A DNA stretch of 32,000 nt, taken from contig NC_014534.1 in the NCBI RefSeq assembly GCF_000147335.1, positions 124,773 through 156,772 of the forward strand, given 5' to 3'. The stretch is from Gloeothece verrucosa PCC 7822 (lineage in GTDB: Bacteria > Cyanobacteriota > Cyanobacteriia > Cyanobacteriales > Microcystaceae). Positions 23,726 to 32,000 of this stretch are shown piece after piece; position 1 is the stretch's first letter; the number at the start of each line of letters is the position of its first letter. The position numbers and the translations under genes are program-made. The notes below the pieces were generated by a model. The model did not search any database, was not told the origin of the DNA, and saw only the letters and a program-made list of their open reading frames with translations.

Positions 23726-23902
23726 GAAACAGTTAATTATCTTTTCTTTGAAAAATCGTTCACGGTTTATCTGTTCAACGATTTCCTGCATTTTTATATC
23801 GAGGATGATTTCGGTAAACAAATCTGGTTTGAAAGTTTTAATCTCTTCTATGATAGATGAATCAAACTCCGATTCCGAGCCATCTATAAAATCATAAAAC
23901 AT
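23726..23902 (-). pseudogene. 5' part of the small gene apparently interrupted by ISL3
   Basis: Track ORF 23696..23902. The native part, MFYDFIDGSE...FFKEKIINCF, ends exactly at the IS right TIR. Confidence 0.4.
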
Positions 23903-24151
23903 CTTGGCGTTTTCCTAATCGATTGAAACTCCCTTACTTAAAAGATAAAGGCTTTCAACGTTACCGATTATTTTTCGGTAATAAATAGCCACATATCTTC
24001 GAGGGCTATTGATCAATGCCGCTTTATAGAATATTTCTGGAAGAGTAATTGGAAGTTGGCAGAGCATAAAATTATATTAAAATATAAAAATGAGCATGGC
24101 AACTCCTTATTTTTAATAAAAAGCTGCCAGATCCTATCAGTTTTTGGGAAG

Positions 24152-24706
24152 TTATTGGCAATGCCGCAGGTAATAACAAAAAGAGGCAAAGAAAGCCAAA
24201 TGATTAACCGGAGAAAATTTAATTCTAGCTGACTTATCTAGCAAAATTCTGTCTCCAGCTAATCTTTCAAGATTAGGATAGTTTTCTTTTAAGCCAATAA
24301 AACGCGAGTAAATCCACCCAATTTGTTCAACATCTTTGAGAGTAAATACAAGATAAATTGAAGTTATTCGACTTTGAAGATCAGTGTAGAGAGTCGTGAA
24401 TTGAGTCGGTTCAATTTCTCCTAAAATATGAAGGAAGAAAAAAGGATCACAATCAAATTCTAGATCTAGAAAAGAAGTTGCATAATAACGTCTTTTATCT
24501 TTTCCGCTAAATGCTTCCCCTAAATACTCTCGAAAAGATTTTTCGTATCTAACTAAAGAAATGTGATTGTAAGTTTTAATTTTTATGAAGAATTTAATTC
24601 GAGGTTGAAATAACGTGATAGCAAAAGAAGATGACATTTCTTGAACCGGGGGGAAAGTTGCTATATCCATAGGAAAATCAAGCTGGATTACGCATAAAGC
24701 CGCCAA
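24152..24706 (-). CDS. hypothetical protein (about 172-184 aa, start uncertain)
   Basis: ORF only. Alternative starts are the TTG at 24706 and the ATG at 24670. No motif recognised. Confidence 0.4.
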   Translation of the reverse strand: MAALCVIQLDFPMDIATFPPVQEMSSSFAITLFQPRIKFFIKIKTYNHISLVRYEKSFREYLGEAFSGKDKRRYYATSFLDLEFDCDPFFFLHILGEIEPTQFTTLYTDLQSRITSIYLVFTLKDVEQIGWIYSRFIGLKENYPNLERLAGDRILLDKSARIKFSPVNHLAFFASFCYYLRHCQ

Positions 24707-24777
24707 CGGCGATTGGAAGGGTTTATTATTGTCCTATTTTTAAAAAAAGATAGGGCTATTATAGAACAATTTAAGGA

Positions 24778-24972
24778 TTAGTTAGAGATGATTTCATTAT
24801 ACAAATAATCAGCTAAGTTTTGGATTTCTTGAGGAAGATCGTCAATTTTCACAGGCTCACCCAATATATTAGTTAATCGATTATCTATATTTAGAGCAAT
24901 TTTACCTTGATATTCATCGATAAAATAGAGAATTAATCCAATTTGTTCCTTTGTTAATTCCAAATTTATCAT
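24778..24972 (-). CDS. hypothetical small protein (64 aa)
   Basis: ORF only, on the same strand as its neighbours. Confidence 0.35.
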   Translation of the reverse strand: MINLELTKEQIGLILYFIDEYQGKIALNIDNRLTNILGEPVKIDDLPQEIQNLADYLYNEIISN

Positions 24973-25023
24973 GACTAAAACTCCGGTATTTTCGATTATT
25001 TTTGCAGGAAATAGAAAATGGCA

Positions 25024-25791
25024 TTATATTAATTTTTGTTGTGCTATCTCATTTAAAACTTCGAGAATTTTTTTCTCCGTTTTATACTTAAATTTCTCCA
25101 CTTGGTAATGATATTTATGAGGAGTGGGTTTTTCGGTTTCTGGGAGTTCAACCAAATGGCTCAATCTTCCTAATTTACTTTTTAGTTCTGGCAACCAAGT
25201 TTTAGCGGCTTTTTGCGACTTAAAGCCGATAAAAACTCGGAAGAATTTTTTACTCTCACTCATTTGATAAACCACTTGAGCGGATAGATCAACTTGCGCC
25301 CAACGGCTAATGCCTTGAGAAATTAAGTCGTAAAGGTTATAATGTACAACAGTTGAATCTTGCCATTGAACCACCAAAGGCTTACTGGCTTCTGCGGCTA
25401 AGTCAAAGTCAATAATTTTGCCCTTCCGCAGTTGAGTATCCTCCAAAGTTTGAACAAGCCTATCGTCAATTTTAAACCCTTGAAAAGAGTTAAATCTTTT
25501 GGCATCTTTAATGTTGGCTTGCCAAACTTCTTCCCATAAACGCTCAAATTCTTCGTCGGAATAATCTTGATTTTCTAAGCTCTTACTTTGCTTGACCGAG
25601 CTTTTGAACTTTTGTTGATAATTTGGGTTTTGAAATTGAGCTTTAAGTTGCTCTAAAAAGTTATCGGGAGTTAGAAGCCTTAGCTCCCAAGCGATTCTCG
25701 CTTTTAAATCGGGTTCTACCATTGTGAGCGTACCGTCAAATGCTGCGCTATCAATGCCGCGAAAGCGGTTTGAAAAAAAGAAGGAGCGCAC
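25024..25791 (-). CDS. hypothetical protein (232-255 aa), divergent from parA
   Basis: ORF only. Starts are a GTG at 25791 or an ATG at 25722. No motif recognised. Its position next to parAB makes a replication or partition accessory role possible but unsupported. Confidence 0.4.
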   Translation of the reverse strand: MRSFFFSNRFRGIDSAAFDGTLTMVEPDLKARIAWELRLLTPDNFLEQLKAQFQNPNYQQKFKSSVKQSKSLENQDYSDEEFERLWEEVWQANIKDAKRFNSFQGFKIDDRLVQTLEDTQLRKGKIIDFDLAAEASKPLVVQWQDSTVVHYNLYDLISQGISRWAQVDLSAQVVYQMSESKKFFRVFIGFKSQKAAKTWLPELKSKLGRLSHLVELPETEKPTPHKYHYQVEKFKYKTEKKILEVLNEIAQQKLI

Positions 25792-25858
25792 CCGGAACTT
25801 TATCTAATTTTTTTTTCGTCCTCAATTAACAAATATGCTCTTTAAGAGCCTAGTTTTT

Positions 25859-25904
25859 ATGGCTAAAGTCGTTTCGATTTTTAATCAAAGTGGCGGGGTA
25901 GCCA
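25859..25904 (+). CDS. parA: ParA-type partition ATPase, exon 1 (15 codons plus 1 nt)
   Basis: ATGGCTAAAGTCGTTTCGATTTTTAATCAAAGTGGCGGGGTAGCCA encodes MAKVVSIFNQSGGVA, the start of a deviant Walker A box. It ends exactly where the intron GTGCG begins. Confidence 0.75.
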
Positions 25905-28378
25905 GTGCGATTCGTTCTCTCTAAACCTTGGAAAACAAAAGTTTCAGCCGTCTGAGGCTCCAAATCCAAGGGGGACGAGAGGCAAGGTAAAACGGAACAA
26001 CTAACCGAACCTTGACAACTTAATTCTCGATGTAGGGCGAGAAAGGTCAAACCACTAGCAGGAACGACCATTCAATTCCCTACCCTCTAGGTGATAGAGG
26101 ACAGCAATATCCCCAGAAGGTGACATGACAAACCACAATCTGACGCGGGATGTAAAGCGGGTCAAGCCTGAAAATCGGTAAGGTACTCCCGCAAGCTAGA
26201 TGGGTATGACTAGCGCAAGCAAACCTATGTTTGAATCTTCGTAACCGCCAACTTGCCTACCCGATTTCACGGGCAAGAGTCAAAAGACACAGCCGTTAGT
26301 AGAGGTTATTTGGCTATAACCTCTAATCACCCAACAAAGGCTCGGAGAATAGTAGGAGTCTAACCCCATCGCCAAACGAGAATTAGGAACGAAGTAACCC
26401 GTTAAGTATCTCTTAGAAAGGTCGATTTTCTAAGTAGTCAGTCAGGCGCATGGACTTAACGGGAAGGATTGTTTCAAAAGCCAACGCCTAGAGTAACGTC
26501 TAGGATAAGCTGACAGAAACACTGTTATGTGGAAGATAGAAACTCTAGTAAGAGACTAATGTCATGGACTCAGCTAACAAACTGAAGTATGAATGGGAAA
26601 CGATCCCTTGGCGCAAGCTAGAGGTACAAGTTTTCAAACTCCAAAAACGTATCTATCGAGCCGGTCAAAGTGGAAATGTCGTACTTGTCCGCAAGTTACA
26701 AAGGCTTCTGATGAAATCACTAGCAGCCAAACTCTTAGCAGTTCGTCGGGTAACACAAGATAACAGAGGAAAACGTACTGCGGGGATAGACGGAGTTAAA
26801 TCCCTCACCCCGAAACAACGGCTAGTTCTAGCCGAAAACCTCAACCTTTCCGACAAATCGACTCCAATCAGAAGGGTTTATATTCCTAAACCCAACAAAA
26901 AGGAGTTACGCCCACTCGGAATCCCGACTATGACAGAAAGAGCCAAACAAGCCCTAGTAAAACTAGCTCTAGAACCAGAATGGGAGGCTCGATTCGAGCC
27001 ACACTCATATGGTTTTAGACCCAGTAGGTCAGCCCATGACGCTATTGCTTACATAAAAATTGACATCCAAAGACTAGACAAATACGTTCTAGACGCGGAT
27101 ATCAGCAAATGCTTCGATAAAATCAACCACTCGGCACTTTTAACCAAGCTCAACACTTTCCCTAAAATGAGAAGACAAATAAAAGCTTGGCTAAAAGCAG
27201 GAATTATGGATGGGAATAAACTCTTCCCAAGCGAAGAGGGTACACCACAAGGAGGGGTGATCTCACCGCTACTAGCTAACATAGCTTTACACGGATTAGA
27301 AGAATACCTCACCAGTCACGTACCAAAAACCGCGTATATCAACAAAAAAGTAACCAATTGGAAACTAACGGTTGTTAGATATGCAGACGACTTCCTCATC
27401 CTCCATAGAGACCTAAATGAATTACTAAGAATCAAGGCTCTAGCCGAAAAATGGCTTTCAAATATGGGATTGGAACTCAACCCCAACAAAACCCAAATTG
27501 TACACACCTTTAACTCACATGAAGGAAAACAAGCGGGGTTTAACTTCCTCGGCTTCCACATTAGACACTACCCTGCGGGGATAAGAGACCGCAGATATAA
27601 ATCTGGTGGATGTAACCAAGGAGGACACCGTTGGACACAAATAGTTCCCTATGTAGTCCTAATAAAGCCAAGTGCCGAAGCAATCAAGCAACATAAGCGA
27701 AAACTAAGTCAAGTCATAGATGGATTGAAGACAGCCCCACAATCTCGACTAATCAGGGAACTAAACCCAATTATTAGAGGATGGGCAAATTACTACAGTT
27801 CAGTCAACTCAAAAGAAACTTTCTCCGATATTGACCACTGGCTATGGATAAAACTTAGAAGATGGTGTTTACGAAGACACCCCATGAAACCTGACAAATG
27901 GGTCTACAACAAATACTGGCACGTTGATGAACGACATAAAGGTAAGAAATGGGACTTTAACGATGGGGAACTATCCCTAACAGAACATCGCCAAACTCCC
28001 ATTAACAGACACATCAACGTGAAAGGAGACAGAAGCCCCTATGACGGAGATTGGATATATTGGAGTACCCGACTAGGGAAATACCCCAATATAAGAAGCC
28101 CAATAACAAAACTACTGAAGACCCAAAAAGGGAAATGTAGTAAATGCCAACTGTACTTCAGTCTCGAAGATATCCTAGAAATTCATCATATAGATGAGAA
28201 CAGGAATAACAACAGACTAACCAATCTCACCGTTTTACATGGACACTGCCACGATAATATACACCGATGACGAGGTACTCATATCAAGAGCCACCTAGCA
28301 GAGGAGCCGTGTGAAAAGAAATTTTCATGCACGGTTCTGAAGCCGAGTCAAAGAGGCGACTTTTTGGCTTAGGTTAAC
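25905..28378 (+). mobile_element. group II intron (2474 nt) with an RT/maturase/HNH ORF in domain IV
   Basis: 5' GTGCGA at 25905. Domain V GAGCCGTGTG...CATGCACGGTTC at 28304-28337, then domain VI, with the 3' end ...GGTTAAC at 28378. An EBS1-like loop TTGGCT (26310-26315), closed by an 8-bp stem, is complementary to AGCCA|A across the exon junction. Removing the intron restores a continuous parA frame. Confidence 0.85.
26564..28270 (+). CDS. group II intron-encoded protein (reverse transcriptase, maturase X domain, DNA-binding/HNH endonuclease)
   Basis: RT motifs (RPLGIPTMTERAKQAL, YGFRPSRSAHDAI, VLDADISKCFDKINH, GTPQGGVISPLLANIAL, VRYADDFLILH). Maturase region (RGWANYYS). C-terminal HNH (CSKCQ...EIHHIDENRNNNRLTNLTVLHGHCHDNIH). 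Confidence 0.9.
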   Translation: MDSANKLKYEWETIPWRKLEVQVFKLQKRIYRAGQSGNVVLVRKLQRLLMKSLAAKLLAVRRVTQDNRGKRTAGIDGVKSLTPKQRLVLAENLNLSDKSTPIRRVYIPKPNKKELRPLGIPTMTERAKQALVKLALEPEWEARFEPHSYGFRPSRSAHDAIAYIKIDIQRLDKYVLDADISKCFDKINHSALLTKLNTFPKMRRQIKAWLKAGIMDGNKLFPSEEGTPQGGVISPLLANIALHGLEEYLTSHVPKTAYINKKVTNWKLTVVRYADDFLILHRDLNELLRIKALAEKWLSNMGLELNPNKTQIVHTFNSHEGKQAGFNFLGFHIRHYPAGIRDRRYKSGGCNQGGHRWTQIVPYVVLIKPSAEAIKQHKRKLSQVIDGLKTAPQSRLIRELNPIIRGWANYYSSVNSKETFSDIDHWLWIKLRRWCLRRHPMKPDKWVYNKYWHVDERHKGKKWDFNDGELSLTEHRQTPINRHINVKGDRSPYDGDWIYWSTRLGKYPNIRSPITKLLKTQKGKCSKCQLYFSLEDILEIHHIDENRNNNRLTNLTVLHGHCHDNIHR

Positions 28379-29085
28379 AAACAACCCTAGCACACAATCT
28401 CGGTTGGCATTTAGGGCAGAGACAGCGCGTGCTGTTAGTGGATTTAGACCCTCAGTCGTCCCTAACCTCATTTATGGGGTTAGTTCCTTCAAATCTAGAA
28501 AAAACGGTTTATCATTCTCTAGTGGAACAGGAACCGTTAACCATCCAAAAAAACATTCACGATACTGTTGATCTGGCCCCGGCCAATGTTGGGTTAAGCG
28601 CAGCCGAGATGCAATTAGTCCCTTTAGTAGCGCGGGAAATGCGCTTAAAGAACGCGATCTTAGCTGTTGCCGACGATTATGATTTTATCTTAATTGATTG
28701 TCCGCCCAGCTTGGGATTGCTATCTATTTTAGGTCTTGTCGCTTCAACTCATGTGCTTGTGCCAGTCCAAACTCAAGTAAAATCTTTTGAGGGGACAGAC
28801 CTCTTATTAAAAACCGTCGCGGATATCAAAAGCTTAGTGAACCGTTCTTTATCTTTTGCAGGGTTCATACCGACTTTGTATGATAAGCGCACTATCCATC
28901 AATATGAAGTTTATAAGGCAATCTCGACTCAATTAAGTCAACTTGCACCGGTTTATGAACCCATACCTCATACGATTGCTTTCCCGGATTCATCTCTAAA
29001 GCGGCTTCCCCTCGCTCTATATAAACCCAATCACCCCGCAGTTCATATTATTGAATCCATTGCTCAACAACTAGAACAGCTATGA
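28379..29085 (+). CDS. parA: ParA-type partition ATPase, exon 2
   Basis: After splicing the frame reads ...GGVA-K-TTLAHNLGWHLGQRQRVLLVDLDPQSS...ILIDCPPSLG..., giving Walker A, A' and B of ParA/Soj-type ATPases. The track ORF 28429..29085 is the in-frame tail. Confidence 0.8.
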
Positions 29086-29987
29086 ATTTACAACTAAACA
29101 ACGTTGCCCTATTTCTCAATCATTCTCCAGAAGTTGAGGAAACCTCCGTTCAGCCAGTTTCTTTGCCTATCGACGCGATCCAAACTCGACCGTCTCAACC
29201 TCGACGATATTTTTCCCCCCAGGCGCATCAAGAGTTGGTCGACTCTATTCGTCAGCACGGAATACTCCAACCTATTCTTGTTCGTCCACTAGATGGGGGG
29301 ACTTACGAGTTGGTTGCCGGTGAGCGGCGTTACCGAGCGGCTATTGATGCCGGGTTAACCAATATCCCTGTTTTGATCAAACAATTGAGTGACGGGGAAG
29401 CATCTGAATTAACTTTAATTGAAAATCTGCAAAGAGAAAATCTTAACCCGTTAGAAGAGGCTGAGGGAATTCTTGAACTTTTATCTATTGCATTAGAAAA
29501 ACCGATTTCTGATGTCCCTAAAATTCTATATCGAATGCAAAATGAAGCGGTTGGTAAAGTTACTCAAAACGTTTTAAGTAGTGAGGAAGCTAATAAGATA
29601 AAAGAAGTTTTTCGGAGGGTGGGAACGATTTCTTGGGAGTCGTTTATTCCCTCCCGACTCTCTTTATTATCATTACCTAATGATATTTTGGCGGCTTTAC
29701 GTGAAGGGAAGATTGAATATACAAAAGCTGTGGCCTTGGCGAAAATTAAAGATGATAACTCCAGAAGAGACTTTCTCTTAAGAGCAATAGAAGAGAAGTG
29801 GACGCTTTCTCAAATTAAGGAAAAAATTAAGTCGCTTTCAACTAAAGAAGAAGAAACAATCAACCCACAGCAACGAATTAAATCCTTTGCCGCCAAGCTG
29901 AAAAAATCTAAATCTTTAGCCGATCAAAAAGTTTGGAAAAAAATCGAAGGGTATCTGTCAAAAATTGAAAGTTTGATTGAAGATTGA
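29082..29987 (+). CDS. parB: ParB-type partition protein
   Basis: ParB/Srx box ILQPILVRPLDGGTYELVAGERRYRAA, then an HTH region. The ATGA start/stop overlaps parA. Confidence 0.85.
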   Translation: MNLQLNNVALFLNHSPEVEETSVQPVSLPIDAIQTRPSQPRRYFSPQAHQELVDSIRQHGILQPILVRPLDGGTYELVAGERRYRAAIDAGLTNIPVLIKQLSDGEASELTLIENLQRENLNPLEEAEGILELLSIALEKPISDVPKILYRMQNEAVGKVTQNVLSSEEANKIKEVFRRVGTISWESFIPSRLSLLSLPNDILAALREGKIEYTKAVALAKIKDDNSRRDFLLRAIEEKWTLSQIKEKIKSLSTKEEETINPQQRIKSFAAKLKKSKSLADQKVWKKIEGYLSKIESLIED

Positions 29988-29991
29988 ACCC

Positions 29992-30027
29992 CCCCAATGC
30001 CTTGCGTTGGGGATTCTTTTTTCTTTT
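29992..30027 (+). terminator. intrinsic terminator after parB
   Basis: CCCCAA-TGCCTTGCG-TTGGGG followed by ATTCTTTTTTCTTTT. Confidence 0.6.
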
Positions 30028-30207
30028 CGCTTGTTTTTCTTATTTGGATAAAATTCATAGCGTTCCTTGGTGAGCGCTCTCTACAATTTGGGAGCAAGGA
30101 ATCAAACGACGTTGGTTCTTTAAAAAAGGAGCGCTTTCACCAGTTATAGCAACCGCTCCTGCGGTTAAGACATACAATAGAGAAAACATGAGCATTTGAC
30201 CACTCAC

Positions 30208-30396
30208 ATGGCTAAACCCTACAGTTATGACCTCCGCAAGCAGGTTATTGAAGCGATAAAGCTTGATGGACTTAAAAAGAGTGAAGCGAGCCAACTATTT
30301 AACATCAGTCGCAATACCATAAATTTATGGTGTAAGCGGCTTGAAGAAACAGGGGACTATCAAGCCAAGCTAAATAAACCACCTGGAAATGGTCAT
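30208..30396 (+). pseudogene. IS630-family transposase, N-terminal HTH fragment
   Basis: MAKPYSYDLRKQVIEAIKLDGLKKSEASQLFNISRNTINLWCKRLEETGDYQAK is the typical IS630 N-terminus. Similarity is lost after about codon 67 of the track ORF 30196..30510, and there is no DDE domain. Confidence 0.65.
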
Positions 30397-30567
30397 GCCA
30401 ATTGGTTTAGTTTATTTCGAGTATTATCATCCATGATTTCCCAACATTCATCTATCTCTTCAGCTAAAAATAAGGCAGGAGCCTCACACTATATTTTTAA
30501 ATTAATGTGAGACAGTCGCTCAGATGATTGACCGTGTGACGGTCAATCCGCGACTTCAGGAATACCG

Positions 30568-31690
30568 TCAAATTATTTCACAAATTCCTTCTCGTTTATA
30601 GATAGGAATAACTTGGTTAACTGGAGCCGTTAAATATTTGGTTGGACAACCAGCATAAGGTTTTAAACTAAGGCGAGTTCCCTTATTTTGCATTCCGACT
30701 ACTGGTATTATGCGTCCCTGATATTTAACTAGATCATGCTGTTTATAAGGATAACGAAGCTTTTTGATGGCTCGTCTCCCCTTGCTAACTTTCTGCCCTC
30801 GATATTTTCTCAAGTTTTCTCCATTGTGGTTTTTGTTACGGGTTCTTCTACCGGAGAAAAGAATGCTTCCCGACTTGACTTGTCCGTCTCTCGTATCGAT
30901 ATACTTAGCATCATAGAACTGTTCTAATGACCGTTTATGATGCCGTATCTGTTCTAAGTTAAGGGGATTACATCGAGTTTGAGTTGTCCCTCCGGCTATG
31001 ACAAAAGCATCATTTTGATGAGACTTTTCTAGATTAAGTTCTCGTCTTTTAGCTTTAGTTATATAACCATAAGTATGAGAGTAATCTTTGACTAATGCGG
31101 CTAAAATCCGACCCGTTTTGTATAAACCTTGTAGGTAGAGCCAAGAACAAACGGCATAGATTATACTTTTAGTTAATGTGGGAAACTCTGTTAATCTCCA
31201 CCTAACAGTTGACATAAAAGTTTCTCCTCTAAATGATTTTAAACGAGGTTGCCATCTGTAAAGAAACTTTCCTTTTTTATGATTAGCCGGAGTATGGCAT
31301 TTACTACAGAGTGTGATTAAGTTACTCGGTCTATCGGTTCGGTCATCTTTCCAAAACCCTAAATGATGCACTTGTAAAATGGGCTGCTTAGATTTATTTT
31401 TACAGTTAGGATTCTGGCATCTGTGATTGTCCCTATGCAGGATATATTTTCTCAAGTTGTCAAATCCATACTGTTCTCCCTGTTGATAATCTTCGCCCTC
31501 AATCGAAGGATTTTTTATCTTTTTGATGTCGAAGTTAGCAACTTCAATGATGACCTCCTCAATGGGCAAAACTGATTTAATGAGGTTGATTAATCGATGG
31601 TGGCTATCCAGTTTATGACCAATTGAAGGGGCTAACCAACCCAAGCTTCTCCTCCCGTGCTTCCATTTAAAATTATTAAGGCGGGTTTAT
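30568..31690 (-). pseudogene. iscB: IscB-like gene lacking the N-terminal PLMP/RuvC-I/bridge region
   Basis: It aligns by eye to the intact IscB from GWLAPSIGHK (compare GWLPPSLRHR) onward: IEVANFD, QQGEQYGFDNLR, HNH (CQNPNC...HVHHLGFW...NLITLCSKCH), MSTVRW, KSHQNDAFVIAG. The open frame begins only after a stop near 31690, and there is no ATG (TTG at 31644). A right-end-type hairpin ATTGACCG-TGTGA-CGGTCAAT lies at 30526-30546. Confidence 0.7.
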
Positions 31691-31850
31691 CATTGACTAT
31701 CTCACATATCCAATAAATTTTTTCTAGCGTTTCCTGTTGCGTTTTGCAATTAATTTTTATACCTTCTATATAAGCATAAAGATGTTTTTGAAGAAAACAA
31801 TAGTTTAAATCTTCGGGTTGGGTCGTTAAAAAGCGGTTAAAGTCAAACAT
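31632..31850 (-). CDS. hypothetical protein (72 aa)
   Basis: ORF only. Its 3' end runs into the truncated IscB, so it may itself be a truncated or chimeric frame. Confidence 0.3.
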   Translation of the reverse strand: MFDFNRFLTTQPEDLNYCFLQKHLYAYIEGIKINCKTQQETLEKIYWICEIVNDKPALIILNGSTGGEAWVG

Positions 31851-31866
31851 GGTACTTTACGGATTA

Positions 31867-32000
31867 TTAATTACTTTTAAGTTGTAGGTCGCTAAAAGCC
31901 GAAAATTTTTTGAGATTGGCAACCGTAATGTATTCAGAACGCGCACTTCCCCACTCACAGTTAAAATAAGTGGCGAAGCGATTGAGCGATCGCTGATTGA
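31867..32000 (-). CDS. hypothetical protein, C-terminal 43 codons (gene enters from the right edge)
   Basis: Open minus-strand frame from the window edge to a TAA at 31867-31869 (...NRFATYFNCEWGSARSEYITVANLKKFSAFSDLQLKSN). No family recognised. Confidence 0.3.
   Translation of the reverse strand, partial: NQRSLNRFATYFNCEWGSARSEYITVANLKKFSAFSDLQLKSN

Noticed and set aside
25792-30200. A canonical parS (TGTTNCACGTGAAACA-like) near parAB.
   Set aside because: I found no match by eye. The centromere may be non-canonical or lie outside the inspected intergenic regions.
449-30927. Many track ORFs lying antisense to or out of frame within stronger genes: 449..679, 9571..9768, 9897..10091, 10254..10460, 14300..14557, 14454..14636, 15129..15350, 16499..16741, 17293..17511, 18649..19008, 19288..19473, 20390..20572, 21251..21493, 25850..26071, 26665..26856, 27049..27312, 27316..27561, 29104..29292, 30055..30294, 30736..30927.
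   Set aside because: Each overlaps a gene with clear family motifs on the other strand or frame, or lies within intron RNA. They show low-complexity or odd composition and no motif, so I treat them as shadow ORFs.
31632-31850. The 72-codon ORF as the missing N-terminus of the truncated IscB.
   Set aside because: It has no PLMP motif, RuvC-I DPG(S/T)xxTG motif or Arg-rich bridge, and it lies in a different frame with an intervening stop.
9100-31993. HIP1 octamers GCGATCGC at 9100, 10011, 11988, 16506, 16758, 17644 and 31986, as a functional repeat system.
   Set aside because: This is a well-known genome-wide cyanobacterial signature. I used it only as taxonomic evidence, not as a local feature.

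Overview
AT-rich cyanobacterial-type DNA: I saw at least 7 HIP1 octamers (GCGATCGC) by eye, a Uma2 nuclease, and a heavy IS/TnpB/IscB load. It looks like a plasmid or other accessory replicon rather than core chromosome. The backbone has two parts. (i) A parA-parB partition cassette (25859-29987), in which parA is split inside its P-loop by a 2.47-kb group II intron carrying an RT/maturase/HNH ORF. (ii) A long minus-strand block (about 18.3 kb down to 4.0 kb) encoding a divergent set of replisome accessory proteins. Beta clamp (dnaN), gamma/tau (dnaX), delta (holA) and delta-prime (holB) form one contiguous operon headed by an uncharacterised 298-aa gene. The same block also holds two SSB paralogues, ArdC, a Gp157-like protein, a frameshifted GIY-YIG gene and a TGT/DpdA-like transglycosylase. 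This co-localised clamp, clamp-loader, SSB and DNA-modification/anti-restriction set is my best candidate for an undescribed system. The backbone is heavily colonised by mobile elements: an intact IscB with an upstream omega-RNA region, an intact TnpB, an ISL3 element plus a related 144-bp MITE, an IS200-type tnpA pseudogene, two IS630 fragments, 5'-truncated IscB and TnpB genes, and a 3'-truncated group-II-like RT. At the left edge there is a decayed Tn7-like (type V-K CAST-like) transposon arm (end repeats plus tnsB pseudogene) about 0.9 kb from an orphan 3-repeat CRISPR mini-array. I saw no rRNA or tRNA genes. All protein calls rest on motif recognition by eye, not on database searches.
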